A stretch of 64,000 nt of DNA from Alphaproteobacteria bacterium (GTDB lineage Bacteria > Pseudomonadota > Alphaproteobacteria > GCA-2731375), in the NCBI GenBank assembly GCA_965216645.1, contig CBDCGJ010000068.1, forward strand, positions 2,626 to 66,625. Reading direction: 5' to 3'. Positions 1 to 8,431 of the stretch are shown here, piece by piece. Position 1 is the stretch's first letter, and each line of letters opens with the position of its first letter. The notes below the pieces were generated by a model, which did no database searches, was not told the DNA's origin, and saw only the letters and a program-made list of their open reading frames with translations. Position numbers and translations under genes: made by a program.

Positions 1-298
1 CCGCCACCAAGCCAGCAATTCCGCCAAGAAAAAACGCGAGTAGCGCCGTGGCAAAGGCAATACCGATGGTATTGCGGGCCCCGTAGATCATGCGTGTCAG
101 CATGTCGCGGCCGAGATTATCCGTGCCGAACAGAAACTGCCCGCCCCATTCCTCGAACTCGGCGCCGACGATTTGAGTTTCGCCATAGGGCGCAATCAAA
201 GGCGCGAATACGGCGACGAACACATAAAAAAGGATTACCGCCAGACCAAAATAGGCGCTAACCGGCGCGCCGCAAAAAAGTTTTTTGAACCCGTCCAT
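1..298 (-). CDS. Peptide/nickel ABC transporter permease (DppC/OppC-like), 5' part; runs off the window
   Basis: Manual translation MDGFKKLFCGAPVSAYFGLAVILFYVFVAVFAPLIAPY...FLFGTDNLGRDMLTRMIYGAR contains the GTDxLGRD motif; follows the DppB-like gene. Confidence 0.9.
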   Translation of the reverse strand, partial: MDGFKKLFCGAPVSAYFGLAVILFYVFVAVFAPLIAPYGETQIVGAEFEEWGGQFLFGTDNLGRDMLTRMIYGARNTIGIAFATALLAFFLGGIAGLVA

Positions 299-307
299 TG
301 CTCGCCC

Positions 308-1264
308 CTATCGCGGATGCATCAAACGGGGGTTACTGACGATAGACAGTATGTCCGCGGTCAAGTTCAGCAGAATATAGGTCATCGCGAAAATCAAACT
401 GCAGGCTTGCACGACCGGTAAATCCCGCTTCGACACCGAATCGACCAACAACTGTCCCAAGCCCGGATAGACAAACACCACTTCGACGACGACCACGCCG
501 ACGACTAGGTAAGCCAAGTTCAGGACCACCACATTGATGATGGGCGACAATGCATTGGGGAGAGCGTGCTTGACGATAATGCGCCCCGGCTTGATGCCTT
601 TCAATTGCGCCATTTCAATGAAGGGGCTGGCCAACAGATTGATGATCGACGCACGTGTCATGCGCATCATATGTGCGACAACAACAAGGGTCAGGCCGAT
701 GGCCGGCATCAGGGTACGATACACCCGTTCCCAAAAATCGAGATCCGGCGCGATATTGGAGATCGCCGGAAAGACCTGCATTTTCACGGCAAAAAACAGA
801 ATCAAGATGTAGGAGACGAAGAATTCGGGTGTCGAAATCGACGTCAGCGTAATCACGTTGATCGTCCGGTCGAACCAGCTATTGCGATACAGCGCGGCCA
901 GGACGCCGAGGAAGAGGGCGATCGGTACGGAGATAATCGCGGCCACAGCGGCCAGAAACAGCGTGTTGCCAAGCCGCACGGCCAAGAGTTCGGATATCTC
1001 TCGTTTGTTGGCAAGCGAACGTCCGAAATCCCCCTGCAGCATACCGCCAAGCCATTCGATGTACCGCGTATGCGGTGGCCGATCCAGGCCCAGCTCTTCA
1101 CGAAAGGCTTTGACGGTTTCAGGCGTCGCCGACCGACCGAGGATTTCCTCAGCCAAATCGCCAGGCAGCAGTTCCACGCCCAGAAAGATGATCAATGAAA
1201 CAATGAAAAGCGTCAGCAGCCCCAAGCCGAGGCGCTGTAAAATCATTTTGACTAAAGAGTTCAT
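308..1264 (-). CDS. Peptide/nickel ABC transporter permease (DppB/OppB-like)
   Basis: PGD motif, GDFGRS, EAA-type loop AQLKGI...KHALPNA, VEVVFVYPGLG. Confidence 0.92.
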   Translation of the reverse strand: MNSLVKMILQRLGLGLLTLFIVSLIIFLGVELLPGDLAEEILGRSATPETVKAFREELGLDRPPHTRYIEWLGGMLQGDFGRSLANKREISELLAVRLGNTLFLAAVAAIISVPIALFLGVLAALYRNSWFDRTINVITLTSISTPEFFVSYILILFFAVKMQVFPAISNIAPDLDFWERVYRTLMPAIGLTLVVVAHMMRMTRASIINLLASPFIEMAQLKGIKPGRIIVKHALPNALSPIINVVVLNLAYLVVGVVVVEVVFVYPGLGQLLVDSVSKRDLPVVQACSLIFAMTYILLNLTADILSIVSNPRLMHPR

Positions 1265-1327
1265 AAATTAGCGGTTCGCGCGCCGGTTTCGGCGGCCCCT
1301 CCCTCGGTTGAATAAGCAATCGAAAAC

Positions 1328-1358
1328 CGGGCGGCGCCGGCCCTACCGGCACCGCCCG
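1328..1358. terminator. GC-rich stem-loop between the binding-protein and permease genes (mRNA stabiliser or partial terminator)
   Basis: CGGGCGGcGCCGG...CCGGCaCCGCCCG inverted repeat just after the binding-protein stop codon; no U tract. Confidence 0.5.
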
Positions 1359-1368
1359 ATCGTCCAAC

Positions 1369-2937
1369 CTAAGCGAACCACCAACGCTCCATATACTTGC
1401 CGCCGTCCAGATCCCATGTCGGCGAAAGATTCTCGCCATGCATCAGGTTCTTGCCGCGGGCCCAGACATAATTGGCGAACATCGGAATAACCACGCCGCC
1501 TTCGTTATGCAGGATGGTCTGCAACTCCGCATACATTTCGCGGCGCTTGGCGCTGTCCAGTTCGGCACGAGCTTCCACCAGCACCTTGTCGAACTTGTCG
1601 TGCTTCCAGAACGTGTCGTTCCACGGCGCGCCGCCGGCATAGGCGGTGGAGAGCATCCAGTCTTCGGTCGGCCGACCGTTCCAATAAACGGCGGACCAAG
1701 GTTTCTTCATCCAGACATTGGACCAGTAACCGTCATTCGGCTCCCGGATCACCTTGAGCTCGATACCCGCTTTCTCCGCCGCCGCGCTGTACAGCACCGC
1801 CGCATCCACGGCGCCTGGATAAGCCGCGTCGGCCGCACTTAACTCGACCTGCAATTTGTCGAGGCCGGCTTGTTTGACATGCCACTTCGCCTTTTCGGGA
1901 TCGTAGGGCCGCTGCGCCAACTCCTTGTGGAAATACGGATTGGCCGGAGAGATCGGATGGTCGTTGCCGAGCGCGCCGTGACCGCGCAACACTTTCTGCA
2001 GGATCTCTTCCCGATTGATCCCCAACTTCAACGCCATGCGGACATGATTGTTGCTGTACGGATCCTTCCGGGTATCCATCGCGAAAGTGTAGTGTTTGGT
2101 GCCCGTGACTTCGTCGATCACCACATTCTTGTTGCGCTTGAGCAAATGCACGGTCTTCAAATCGCAACGGTCCATCACATCGATGTCGCCGCTGGTCAAG
2201 GCGTTGGTGCGCGCCGTGACGTCGATGATCGAGATGATTTCGACCTCGTCGAAATAGGCGCTGTCCGGTTGATAGAAATTGGCGAACCGTTTGAAGGAGG
2301 CACGCACGCCCGGCTCGATTTTCTCGAGCTTGTAACCGCCGGTACCGTTCGGTTTCTCCCAATTGATTTTGCCTTCGCCATCGGACGCGCCGATCGCCAG
2401 GTGGTAGTCGCTGAGGATCCACGGCAAGTCGGCGTTACCGGACTCGAGCGTGATCACAACGTTGTTTTTACCGTCGGCCTTAATATCCTTCATCGCCTTC
2501 AAAAGCGGCTTCGCGGCTGACTTACTTTTCTCGCCGCGATGATGATTGATGGAAGCGACGACATCGTCGGCATCCATCGTCTTGCCGTCGTGGAATTCGA
2601 CGCCTTGACGTAGCTTTACATTCCAGACGCTGGCATCGTCAGAGGCCGACCAGCTTTCGGCCAGTTCCGGCTTGATCTGGCCTTTGTCATCGGTCACGGC
2701 CAGATTGTGATACACCGACGACTTGAACGCGCCCATGAAGCCGTTTTCGTAAGTCGCTGGATCCAGAGAATCCGTCGTTGAGCCGTGGCCTAAACCGGCC
2801 CGTAATTTTCCGCCTTTCTTCGGTGCGGCCATCGCGCCCGAGCTCGACAACGGGCCAGCCGCGAGCATCGCGCCTACGGCGACGCCGCCGGCCAGCACGT
2901 CGCGCCGGGTCAAGTCTTTGGTTTTGATTCTTGCCAT
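1369..2937 (-). CDS. ABC transporter substrate-binding protein, family 5, with Tat signal
   Basis: Start MARIKTKDLTRRDVL after AGGAGG; LDPA, PELAESW, LRQGVEFHDG, GTGGY motifs. Confidence 0.93.
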   Translation of the reverse strand: MARIKTKDLTRRDVLAGGVAVGAMLAAGPLSSSGAMAAPKKGGKLRAGLGHGSTTDSLDPATYENGFMGAFKSSVYHNLAVTDDKGQIKPELAESWSASDDASVWNVKLRQGVEFHDGKTMDADDVVASINHHRGEKSKSAAKPLLKAMKDIKADGKNNVVITLESGNADLPWILSDYHLAIGASDGEGKINWEKPNGTGGYKLEKIEPGVRASFKRFANFYQPDSAYFDEVEIISIIDVTARTNALTSGDIDVMDRCDLKTVHLLKRNKNVVIDEVTGTKHYTFAMDTRKDPYSNNHVRMALKLGINREEILQKVLRGHGALGNDHPISPANPYFHKELAQRPYDPEKAKWHVKQAGLDKLQVELSAADAAYPGAVDAAVLYSAAAEKAGIELKVIREPNDGYWSNVWMKKPWSAVYWNGRPTEDWMLSTAYAGGAPWNDTFWKHDKFDKVLVEARAELDSAKRREMYAELQTILHNEGGVVIPMFANYVWARGKNLMHGENLSPTWDLDGGKYMERWWFA

Positions 2938-3149
2938 TGTGAATCCTCCTAAATCGAGAAAATTGTTGCGATAGAACCACCGGCGACTTAGCGCCACGGC
3001 TCTGTCTCCCCTTTTTGGTTCTTTTAGATTTGTTGTTCACGCTATAAGTAGCCTTCAATGGTGTCGCTTCGCAAGGGCGATGACTTCGACATGATTGGAT
3101 TCAGGTTGCAGACCGCCCATATCTTAACGGCAGCAATAATCTGGAGCGT

Positions 3150-4520
3150 ATGATGGCGGTGTACGGCAATGTACTGGAGATGATCGGCGAAACGCCGATT
3201 TTGGAGTTGAAGCATCTCGACACTGGTTCCTGCCGCCTTTTCACCAAGTTGGAAAATCAAAATCCCGGCGGTTCGATCAAGGACCGTATCGGACTTTCGA
3301 TGGTGGAAGCCGCCGAGCGGCAAGGGAAACTCAAACCGGGCGGGACCATCATCGAGGCGACCGCCGGCAATACCGGCCTTGGCCTCGCGCTTGTGGCATC
3401 TCAAAAAGGCTACAAGATGCTGGTTGTCGTTCCCGACAAAATGAGCCAGGAGAAGATCTTCCATCTCAAAGCGCTTGGCGCCAATGTCGTTATGACCCGA
3501 TCGGATGTTGGCAAAGGCCATCCGGAGTATTATCAGGATGTCGCCGCGCGCCTGACAGCAGAGATCGACGGCGCATTCTGGGCAAATCAGTTCGAAAATC
3601 CCAATAATCCGTCGGCCCATGAGACCGGTACCGGCCCGGAAATCTGGCGCCAGATGGACGGCCAGGTCGATGCCGTGGTCGCCGGCGTCGGTTCCGGCGG
3701 GACCATCAGCGGGGTTGGACGATACCTTAAGTCCGTCAACGCAGACCTGGAAGTCGTTCTCGCCGATCCCGTCGGTTCGGTGTTGGCGGACAAGGTGGAG
3801 ACCGGTGAACTCGGCGCCCTTGGATCCTGGCTTGTCGAAGGCATCGGCGAGGATTTCGTGCCCGATAATTGCGACTTGGATTTGGTCGATAAGGCCTACA
3901 AAGTCTCCGACAGCGAGGCCTTCGCGGCGGCCAGGGACTTGCTGCGGAAAGAAGGGATATTGGGCGGTTCTTCGACGGGTACATTGCTCGCCGCTGCGTT
4001 GAGATATTGCCAAGATCAATCGACACCAAAGAACGTCGTCACCTTTGTCTGTGACAGCGGCAATAAATACCTGTCGAAAATGTTCAACGACTACTGGATG
4101 ATCGATCAGGGATTCATCGATTTGCCGAAGTTCGACGATCTCCGCGACTTAATTCGACGGCGGTCGGAAGACAATGCCGTGGTCGCCGCCGCGCCTGGCG
4201 ATACTCTCATGGCCGCTTACGGGCGAATGCGTCTATATGATATCTCCCAACTGCCGGTGCTGGAGGGCGAACGCATCGTCGGTATTCTGGACGAATCCGA
4301 TCTATTGCTGGCAGTAATGCATGGCGAGGATCAATTTGCCGCGCCGGTTCGAGATTTCATGACGGAAAAGCTGCAAGTGTTGGCACCGTCCGACAGCCTG
4401 GATGCGCTGATCGGCGTCTTACGCGCGGACCGCGTCGCCATCGTCGTCGACGGTGAGAAGTTTCTTGGCCTTGTGACAAAGATTGATTTTCTCAACCATC
4501 TACGCCAGCAAGTTGCCTGA
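3150..4520 (+). CDS. cbs: Cystathionine beta-synthase (PLP enzyme with C-terminal CBS pair)
   Basis: IGETP, NPGGSIKDR (PLP lysine), EATAGNTG, GSGGT, C-terminal CBS domains; adjacent to a Cys/Met PLP lyase. Confidence 0.9.
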   Translation: MMAVYGNVLEMIGETPILELKHLDTGSCRLFTKLENQNPGGSIKDRIGLSMVEAAERQGKLKPGGTIIEATAGNTGLGLALVASQKGYKMLVVVPDKMSQEKIFHLKALGANVVMTRSDVGKGHPEYYQDVAARLTAEIDGAFWANQFENPNNPSAHETGTGPEIWRQMDGQVDAVVAGVGSGGTISGVGRYLKSVNADLEVVLADPVGSVLADKVETGELGALGSWLVEGIGEDFVPDNCDLDLVDKAYKVSDSEAFAAARDLLRKEGILGGSSTGTLLAAALRYCQDQSTPKNVVTFVCDSGNKYLSKMFNDYWMIDQGFIDLPKFDDLRDLIRRRSEDNAVVAAAPGDTLMAAYGRMRLYDISQLPVLEGERIVGILDESDLLLAVMHGEDQFAAPVRDFMTEKLQVLAPSDSLDALIGVLRADRVAIVVDGEKFLGLVTKIDFLNHLRQQVA

Positions 4521-4546
4521 CAATCAAGGAACGGACAAAGAGCTCG

Positions 4547-5710
4547 ATGACCGACCGAAGCAACCGCCGCGGCATATCGACCCGCGCTATCCATGCCGGC
4601 CAGTCGCCGGACCCAACTACCGGCGCGATCATGGTACCGATTTACGCGACGTCGACGTATGTCCAGGACAGTCCGGGCGTCCATAAAGGTTACGAATACT
4701 CTCGCAGTCAAAATCCGACGCGCATGGCGTTCGAGGCTTGCATGGCCGACCTGGAGAGCGGCAACCAGGGATATGCGTTTGCATCCGGGCTATCGACCGC
4801 CGGCACCATTCTCGAACTTCTCGACAGCGGCGACCACGTGATTTCCATGGATGATATGTATGGTGGGACATACAGACTTTTCGAAAATGTCCGCAAACGC
4901 AGCGCCGGCTTGGAATTCAGCTATGTCGACCTATCGAATGCCAGCCGCTTGGAGGATATGATCCGACCGGAAACTCGGATGATATGGGTGGAAAGCCCAA
5001 CAAACCCTCTTCTTCGCCTCGTCGATTTCGAAGCCATCGCAAAGACCGCCAAATCGCGCGGGATCGTAACGGTCGCCGACAACACGTTCGCGTCGCCTTA
5101 TATCCAGCGGCCGTTGGAATTGGGTTTCGACATCGTCATGCATTCGACAACGAAATATTTGAACGGTCACAGCGATATGGTCGGTGGCGTCGCCGTCGTC
5201 CGCGAAGGTGGGGAGCGCGCGGAGCAAATGGCCTATCTGCACAATGCCATCGGCTCCGTAGCCTCGCCGTTCGATAGTTTCCTGGCCATGCGGGGATTGA
5301 AAACCTTGCCGATCCGAATGCAGCGGCACAGCGAGAACGCCCTCGCCATTGCCGAATTCCTGTCGACGCATGAGAAAATCGAGAAGGTCTATTATCCGGG
5401 CCTAGCCAGCCACAGTCAGCATGCGTTGGCCAAACGGCAGATGGATGCATTCGGCGGCATGGTCACCGCCATCATCGCCGGCGGCTTGGAACCGGCCAGA
5501 CGTTTCCTGGAACGGACCGAGCTTTTCGCTCTGGCCGAGAGCTTGGGCGGCGTCGAGAGCCTGATCGAGCATCCGGCAATCATGACTCATGCCTCGATCC
5601 CACCGGATATCCGCGCCAACCTCGGGATCGACGATGGGCTTGTCCGTCTGTCCGTCGGTATCGAAGATATCGAAGACTTGATCGCCGACTTGAAATACGC
5701 GCTGGCCTGA
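4547..5710 (+). CDS. Cystathionine gamma-synthase/gamma-lyase (Cys/Met metabolism PLP enzyme)
   Basis: YSRSQNPTR, ESPTNP, DNTF, HSTTKYLNGHSD, AESLGGVESL, RLSVGIE. Confidence 0.92.
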   Translation: MTDRSNRRGISTRAIHAGQSPDPTTGAIMVPIYATSTYVQDSPGVHKGYEYSRSQNPTRMAFEACMADLESGNQGYAFASGLSTAGTILELLDSGDHVISMDDMYGGTYRLFENVRKRSAGLEFSYVDLSNASRLEDMIRPETRMIWVESPTNPLLRLVDFEAIAKTAKSRGIVTVADNTFASPYIQRPLELGFDIVMHSTTKYLNGHSDMVGGVAVVREGGERAEQMAYLHNAIGSVASPFDSFLAMRGLKTLPIRMQRHSENALAIAEFLSTHEKIEKVYYPGLASHSQHALAKRQMDAFGGMVTAIIAGGLEPARRFLERTELFALAESLGGVESLIEHPAIMTHASIPPDIRANLGIDDGLVRLSVGIEDIEDLIADLKYALA

Positions 5711-5868
5711 TACCAAGGCTCGAAGATAGATACCTATTTGACCGGCTTTCCAGGTTCACCGGCTAGGCGCGGGTCGCGCCGTGGTCCGACGACCACAAGC
5801 GGCCGGCAACGACGTCCGGTGGTCCTGGAAAGCCGGTCAAATAGGTATCTATCTTCGAGCCTTGGTAT
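5710..5868. mobile_element. Miniature inverted-repeat element (MITE-like) with TA flanks
   Basis: 5710-5754 is the exact reverse complement of 5824-5868 (45 bp including TA at 5711-5712 and 5866-5867); 69-bp non-coding structured core. Confidence 0.75.
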
Positions 5869-6619
5869 AAGCCCCGTTCAGCCAAGGCGGCGGCGGCAAA
5901 TTCGAATAGGCGTCGCGAAGCGCCTGGGACCAGCCTTCCGAAATTTCCGCGTAATAATCGTCGCCCGTATCGATCCGATGCTGCAGCGCGACCTTACAGC
6001 TGTCGCGCCGATAGACGAGCAAATCGAGCGGCAAGCCAACGGACATATTGCTGCGCAGGGTCGAATCCATGGAGATCAGCGCCACTTTGACCGCGTCCGT
6101 CAAGCCGGTCTCATGCCCGATCGCGCGATCGAGTATCGGCTTGCCGTATTTATGCTCGCCAATTTGGAAAAACGGCGTGTCGTGGGTCGCCTGAATGAAG
6201 TTACCGGCGCTGTAAATCTGAAAAAGCCGCATCGTGCGGCCCTCGATCTGGCCGGACAAAAGAATAGACACGTTGAAGCCGGCGTCCTGCTCTTGCATGG
6301 CTTCGGCGTCGGAACGCCAGACGGTGCGGACCGCCTCGCCGACCAGCCGTGCGGCCTGAAACATCGATGTCACGGTCCAAATCGTCTGCCCTTGGAATGC
6401 GCCGGCCTCTTCGTCGTCAAGCCCTTCCTCCAGCAGTGTCAGTACCGCCTGAGATACCGCCAGATTGCCGGCGGTTTGTAGCGCGATCACACGCTCGCCG
6501 GGCTTTTCGAAAACGTGCAATTTGCGGAAAACGGAAACGTTGTCGACGCCCGCATTGGTCCGGGTATCCGACAACAATACAAGGCCCTGGTCGAGATAAA
6601 GGCCGATACAATAGGTCAC
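5849..6619 (-). CDS. Anbu proteasome-type Ntn protease
   Basis: N-terminal (M)TYCIG with catalytic Thr1, SDTRTNAGVD, QIGEHKYGKPILDR, SMDSTLRSNMSVGLP. Confidence 0.92.
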   Translation of the reverse strand: MTYCIGLYLDQGLVLLSDTRTNAGVDNVSVFRKLHVFEKPGERVIALQTAGNLAVSQAVLTLLEEGLDDEEAGAFQGQTIWTVTSMFQAARLVGEAVRTVWRSDAEAMQEQDAGFNVSILLSGQIEGRTMRLFQIYSAGNFIQATHDTPFFQIGEHKYGKPILDRAIGHETGLTDAVKVALISMDSTLRSNMSVGLPLDLLVYRRDSCKVALQHRIDTGDDYYAEISEGWSQALRDAYSNLPPPPWLNGAYTKARR

Positions 6620-6640
6620 GGAAACTACTCCAAAAAAAAC

Positions 6641-7465
6641 TCAAGCTTGGTTTTGCGCCTGGGATTGATCGGCGATGCGGACATTGACTTGCATCTCTTC
6701 CTCGCCGCCGCCGCGACGCACGCCCCGGATCGGCGCAGCCTGGCCATAGTCCAATCCCGCAGCGATCCGAACATAAGCGTCGTTCGGGCAAATTCGGTTG
6801 GCAACATCGAAACCGACCCAACCCAAACCGTTAACAAAAGCTTCGGCCCAGGCGTGGGCCGCCTCATAATCCTGAACTTCGTCGGGATTGGCGCATAGAT
6901 AGCCACTGACATATCGGGCTGGAATACCCAAACGCCGCGCGCAGGCGAGAAAGACATGTGCGTGGTCCTGACAAACGCCGCGTCCTTGGGCGACTGCCTG
7001 CTCCGCGGTCGTTGCAGCGTCAGAGGCGCCGACTTCATAGTCGACCCGATCGCGGACACGATGCATAAGAGTATGAAGTTGGTCGAGATGGGCTTTCTCT
7101 TCGAACGGCTCGACCAAATCGCTCATATTTTCGGCGAAACCTGTCTGTTGCGTATCGCGTAGATAGTAGCCCAGCGGCAGGTCGCCGGTCCGAGCTTTGA
7201 CGACGCCGGCTCGGTCCTCGCATTCCACTACCCCCTGCACCGTCAGTTCCAAGGCGTCATGGGGCCGATCAATGACCAGCAGATGATCGATATTGCCGAA
7301 GCCGTCCCGTCCGGCGCTCAACGTCGCCTCGCTGCCCGCGTCGATCATCCAGGACAGGACCTGTTGGCCGTCCCGGCTCTTCGGTGTCATGCGCAGGCTC
7401 TGGATCGAGTAGGCAATGGGTTGCTCGTACCGATAAATCGTCCGATGGGAAACCTCGATCAACAC
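6641..7465 (-). CDS. Transglutaminase-family protein
   Basis: GVCQDHAH, PARYVSGY, HAWAE, GWVGFD give the Cys-His-Asp triad. Confidence 0.92.
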   Translation of the reverse strand: MLIEVSHRTIYRYEQPIAYSIQSLRMTPKSRDGQQVLSWMIDAGSEATLSAGRDGFGNIDHLLVIDRPHDALELTVQGVVECEDRAGVVKARTGDLPLGYYLRDTQQTGFAENMSDLVEPFEEKAHLDQLHTLMHRVRDRVDYEVGASDAATTAEQAVAQGRGVCQDHAHVFLACARRLGIPARYVSGYLCANPDEVQDYEAAHAWAEAFVNGLGWVGFDVANRICPNDAYVRIAAGLDYGQAAPIRGVRRGGGEEEMQVNVRIADQSQAQNQA

Positions 7466-7477
7466 GTACCCGGCTCC

Positions 7478-8428
7478 TCAGTTCAAAATCAAATAATCGT
7501 TTGAAATCTGATTGGCGAGGCGATTGTTACTCGCGATAAAGCCGCTCAGAAACTCATGCAGACCATTGGCGAAAATCTCGTCTGAGTTAGAAAAACGCAG
7601 TTGGGAGTACAGCTTGCCGACCATCCGATGGCACTCCCGCGAACGGCCATGGGCCACCGCAATGGCGGAAAGATGCTCGTCGATCTCCTTTAGACAGGAA
7701 ATCAAACTGCGCGGCATTTCCGGCCGAAGAATCATCATTTCGGCGATCCGCCAAGGTTTCGGATGTTCGCGGTAAAGCCAGTGATAGCTACCAAGTGCGG
7801 AGAAAGCCCGCAGGATCGTCGTCCATTGCAAGTAGTCGATGCCACCGCCCACTTCGGCACTATCGGGCAATAAAACGTGATATTTGACATCCAAAATCCG
7901 CGCCGTGTTGTCGGCACGTTCGATATGCGTGCCCAGGCGCGTGAAGTGATAGGATTCGTCCCGCAACATGGTGGCGGAAGTCGCGCCGCGGAACAAGGAG
8001 GACCGTTCACGCACCCAGTCGAGAAACGGACGAATTTGGCCGCGGGACCGGGAGAGATTCCAATGCTGCTCAAGCTCCAGCCACGTGCCGTTCAGGCTTT
8101 CCCACATATCCGTGGTGATTGCGTTGCGGACGGCCCTGCCATTGTCGCGCGCCAGTTTCAGGCAGGAAAAAATACTGGACGGGTTGTCCGTGTCCCGCGC
8201 GATGAAGTTAATGACATTGGAGGCCTCGACCGGCTGTCCCATCTCCGCGAACTGCGGTTCCGAACCGGATATCGTAAGGGCGGATTGCCACTCGCTGCTC
8301 TCGAAACTGTCATCGACGCTGGGCATCAAGGCGATCCGGTCGCTGACTTCGAGAAGTCGGGCTAGGTTTTCCGCCCGCTCCATATAGCGGGCAAGCCAAT
8401 AAAGGTTGTCGGCGGTACGGGACAGCAT
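7478..8428 (-). CDS. Alpha-E domain protein (DUF403)
   Basis: MLSRTADNLYWLARYMERAEN and a second ERAD motif. Confidence 0.92.
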   Translation of the reverse strand: MLSRTADNLYWLARYMERAENLARLLEVSDRIALMPSVDDSFESSEWQSALTISGSEPQFAEMGQPVEASNVINFIARDTDNPSSIFSCLKLARDNGRAVRNAITTDMWESLNGTWLELEQHWNLSRSRGQIRPFLDWVRERSSLFRGATSATMLRDESYHFTRLGTHIERADNTARILDVKYHVLLPDSAEVGGGIDYLQWTTILRAFSALGSYHWLYREHPKPWRIAEMMILRPEMPRSLISCLKEIDEHLSAIAVAHGRSRECHRMVGKLYSQLRFSNSDEIFANGLHEFLSGFIASNNRLANQISNDYLILN

Positions 8429-8431
8429 GAC

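Noticed and set aside
3042-4019. Long antisense ORFs (also 40080-41099, 46158-47336, 52330-53271, 53097-54284, 54701-56083)
   Set aside because: Shadow frames of well-supported genes in GC-rich DNA, with no recognisable motifs
5755-5823. tRNA-like cloverleaf in the MITE core
   Set aside because: No TTC T-loop, D-loop or anticodon-arm geometry; better explained as element-internal hairpins
5738-6481. 247-aa ORF starting inside the MITE as a possible transposase
   Set aside because: It is antisense to Anbu and shows no HTH or DDE pattern
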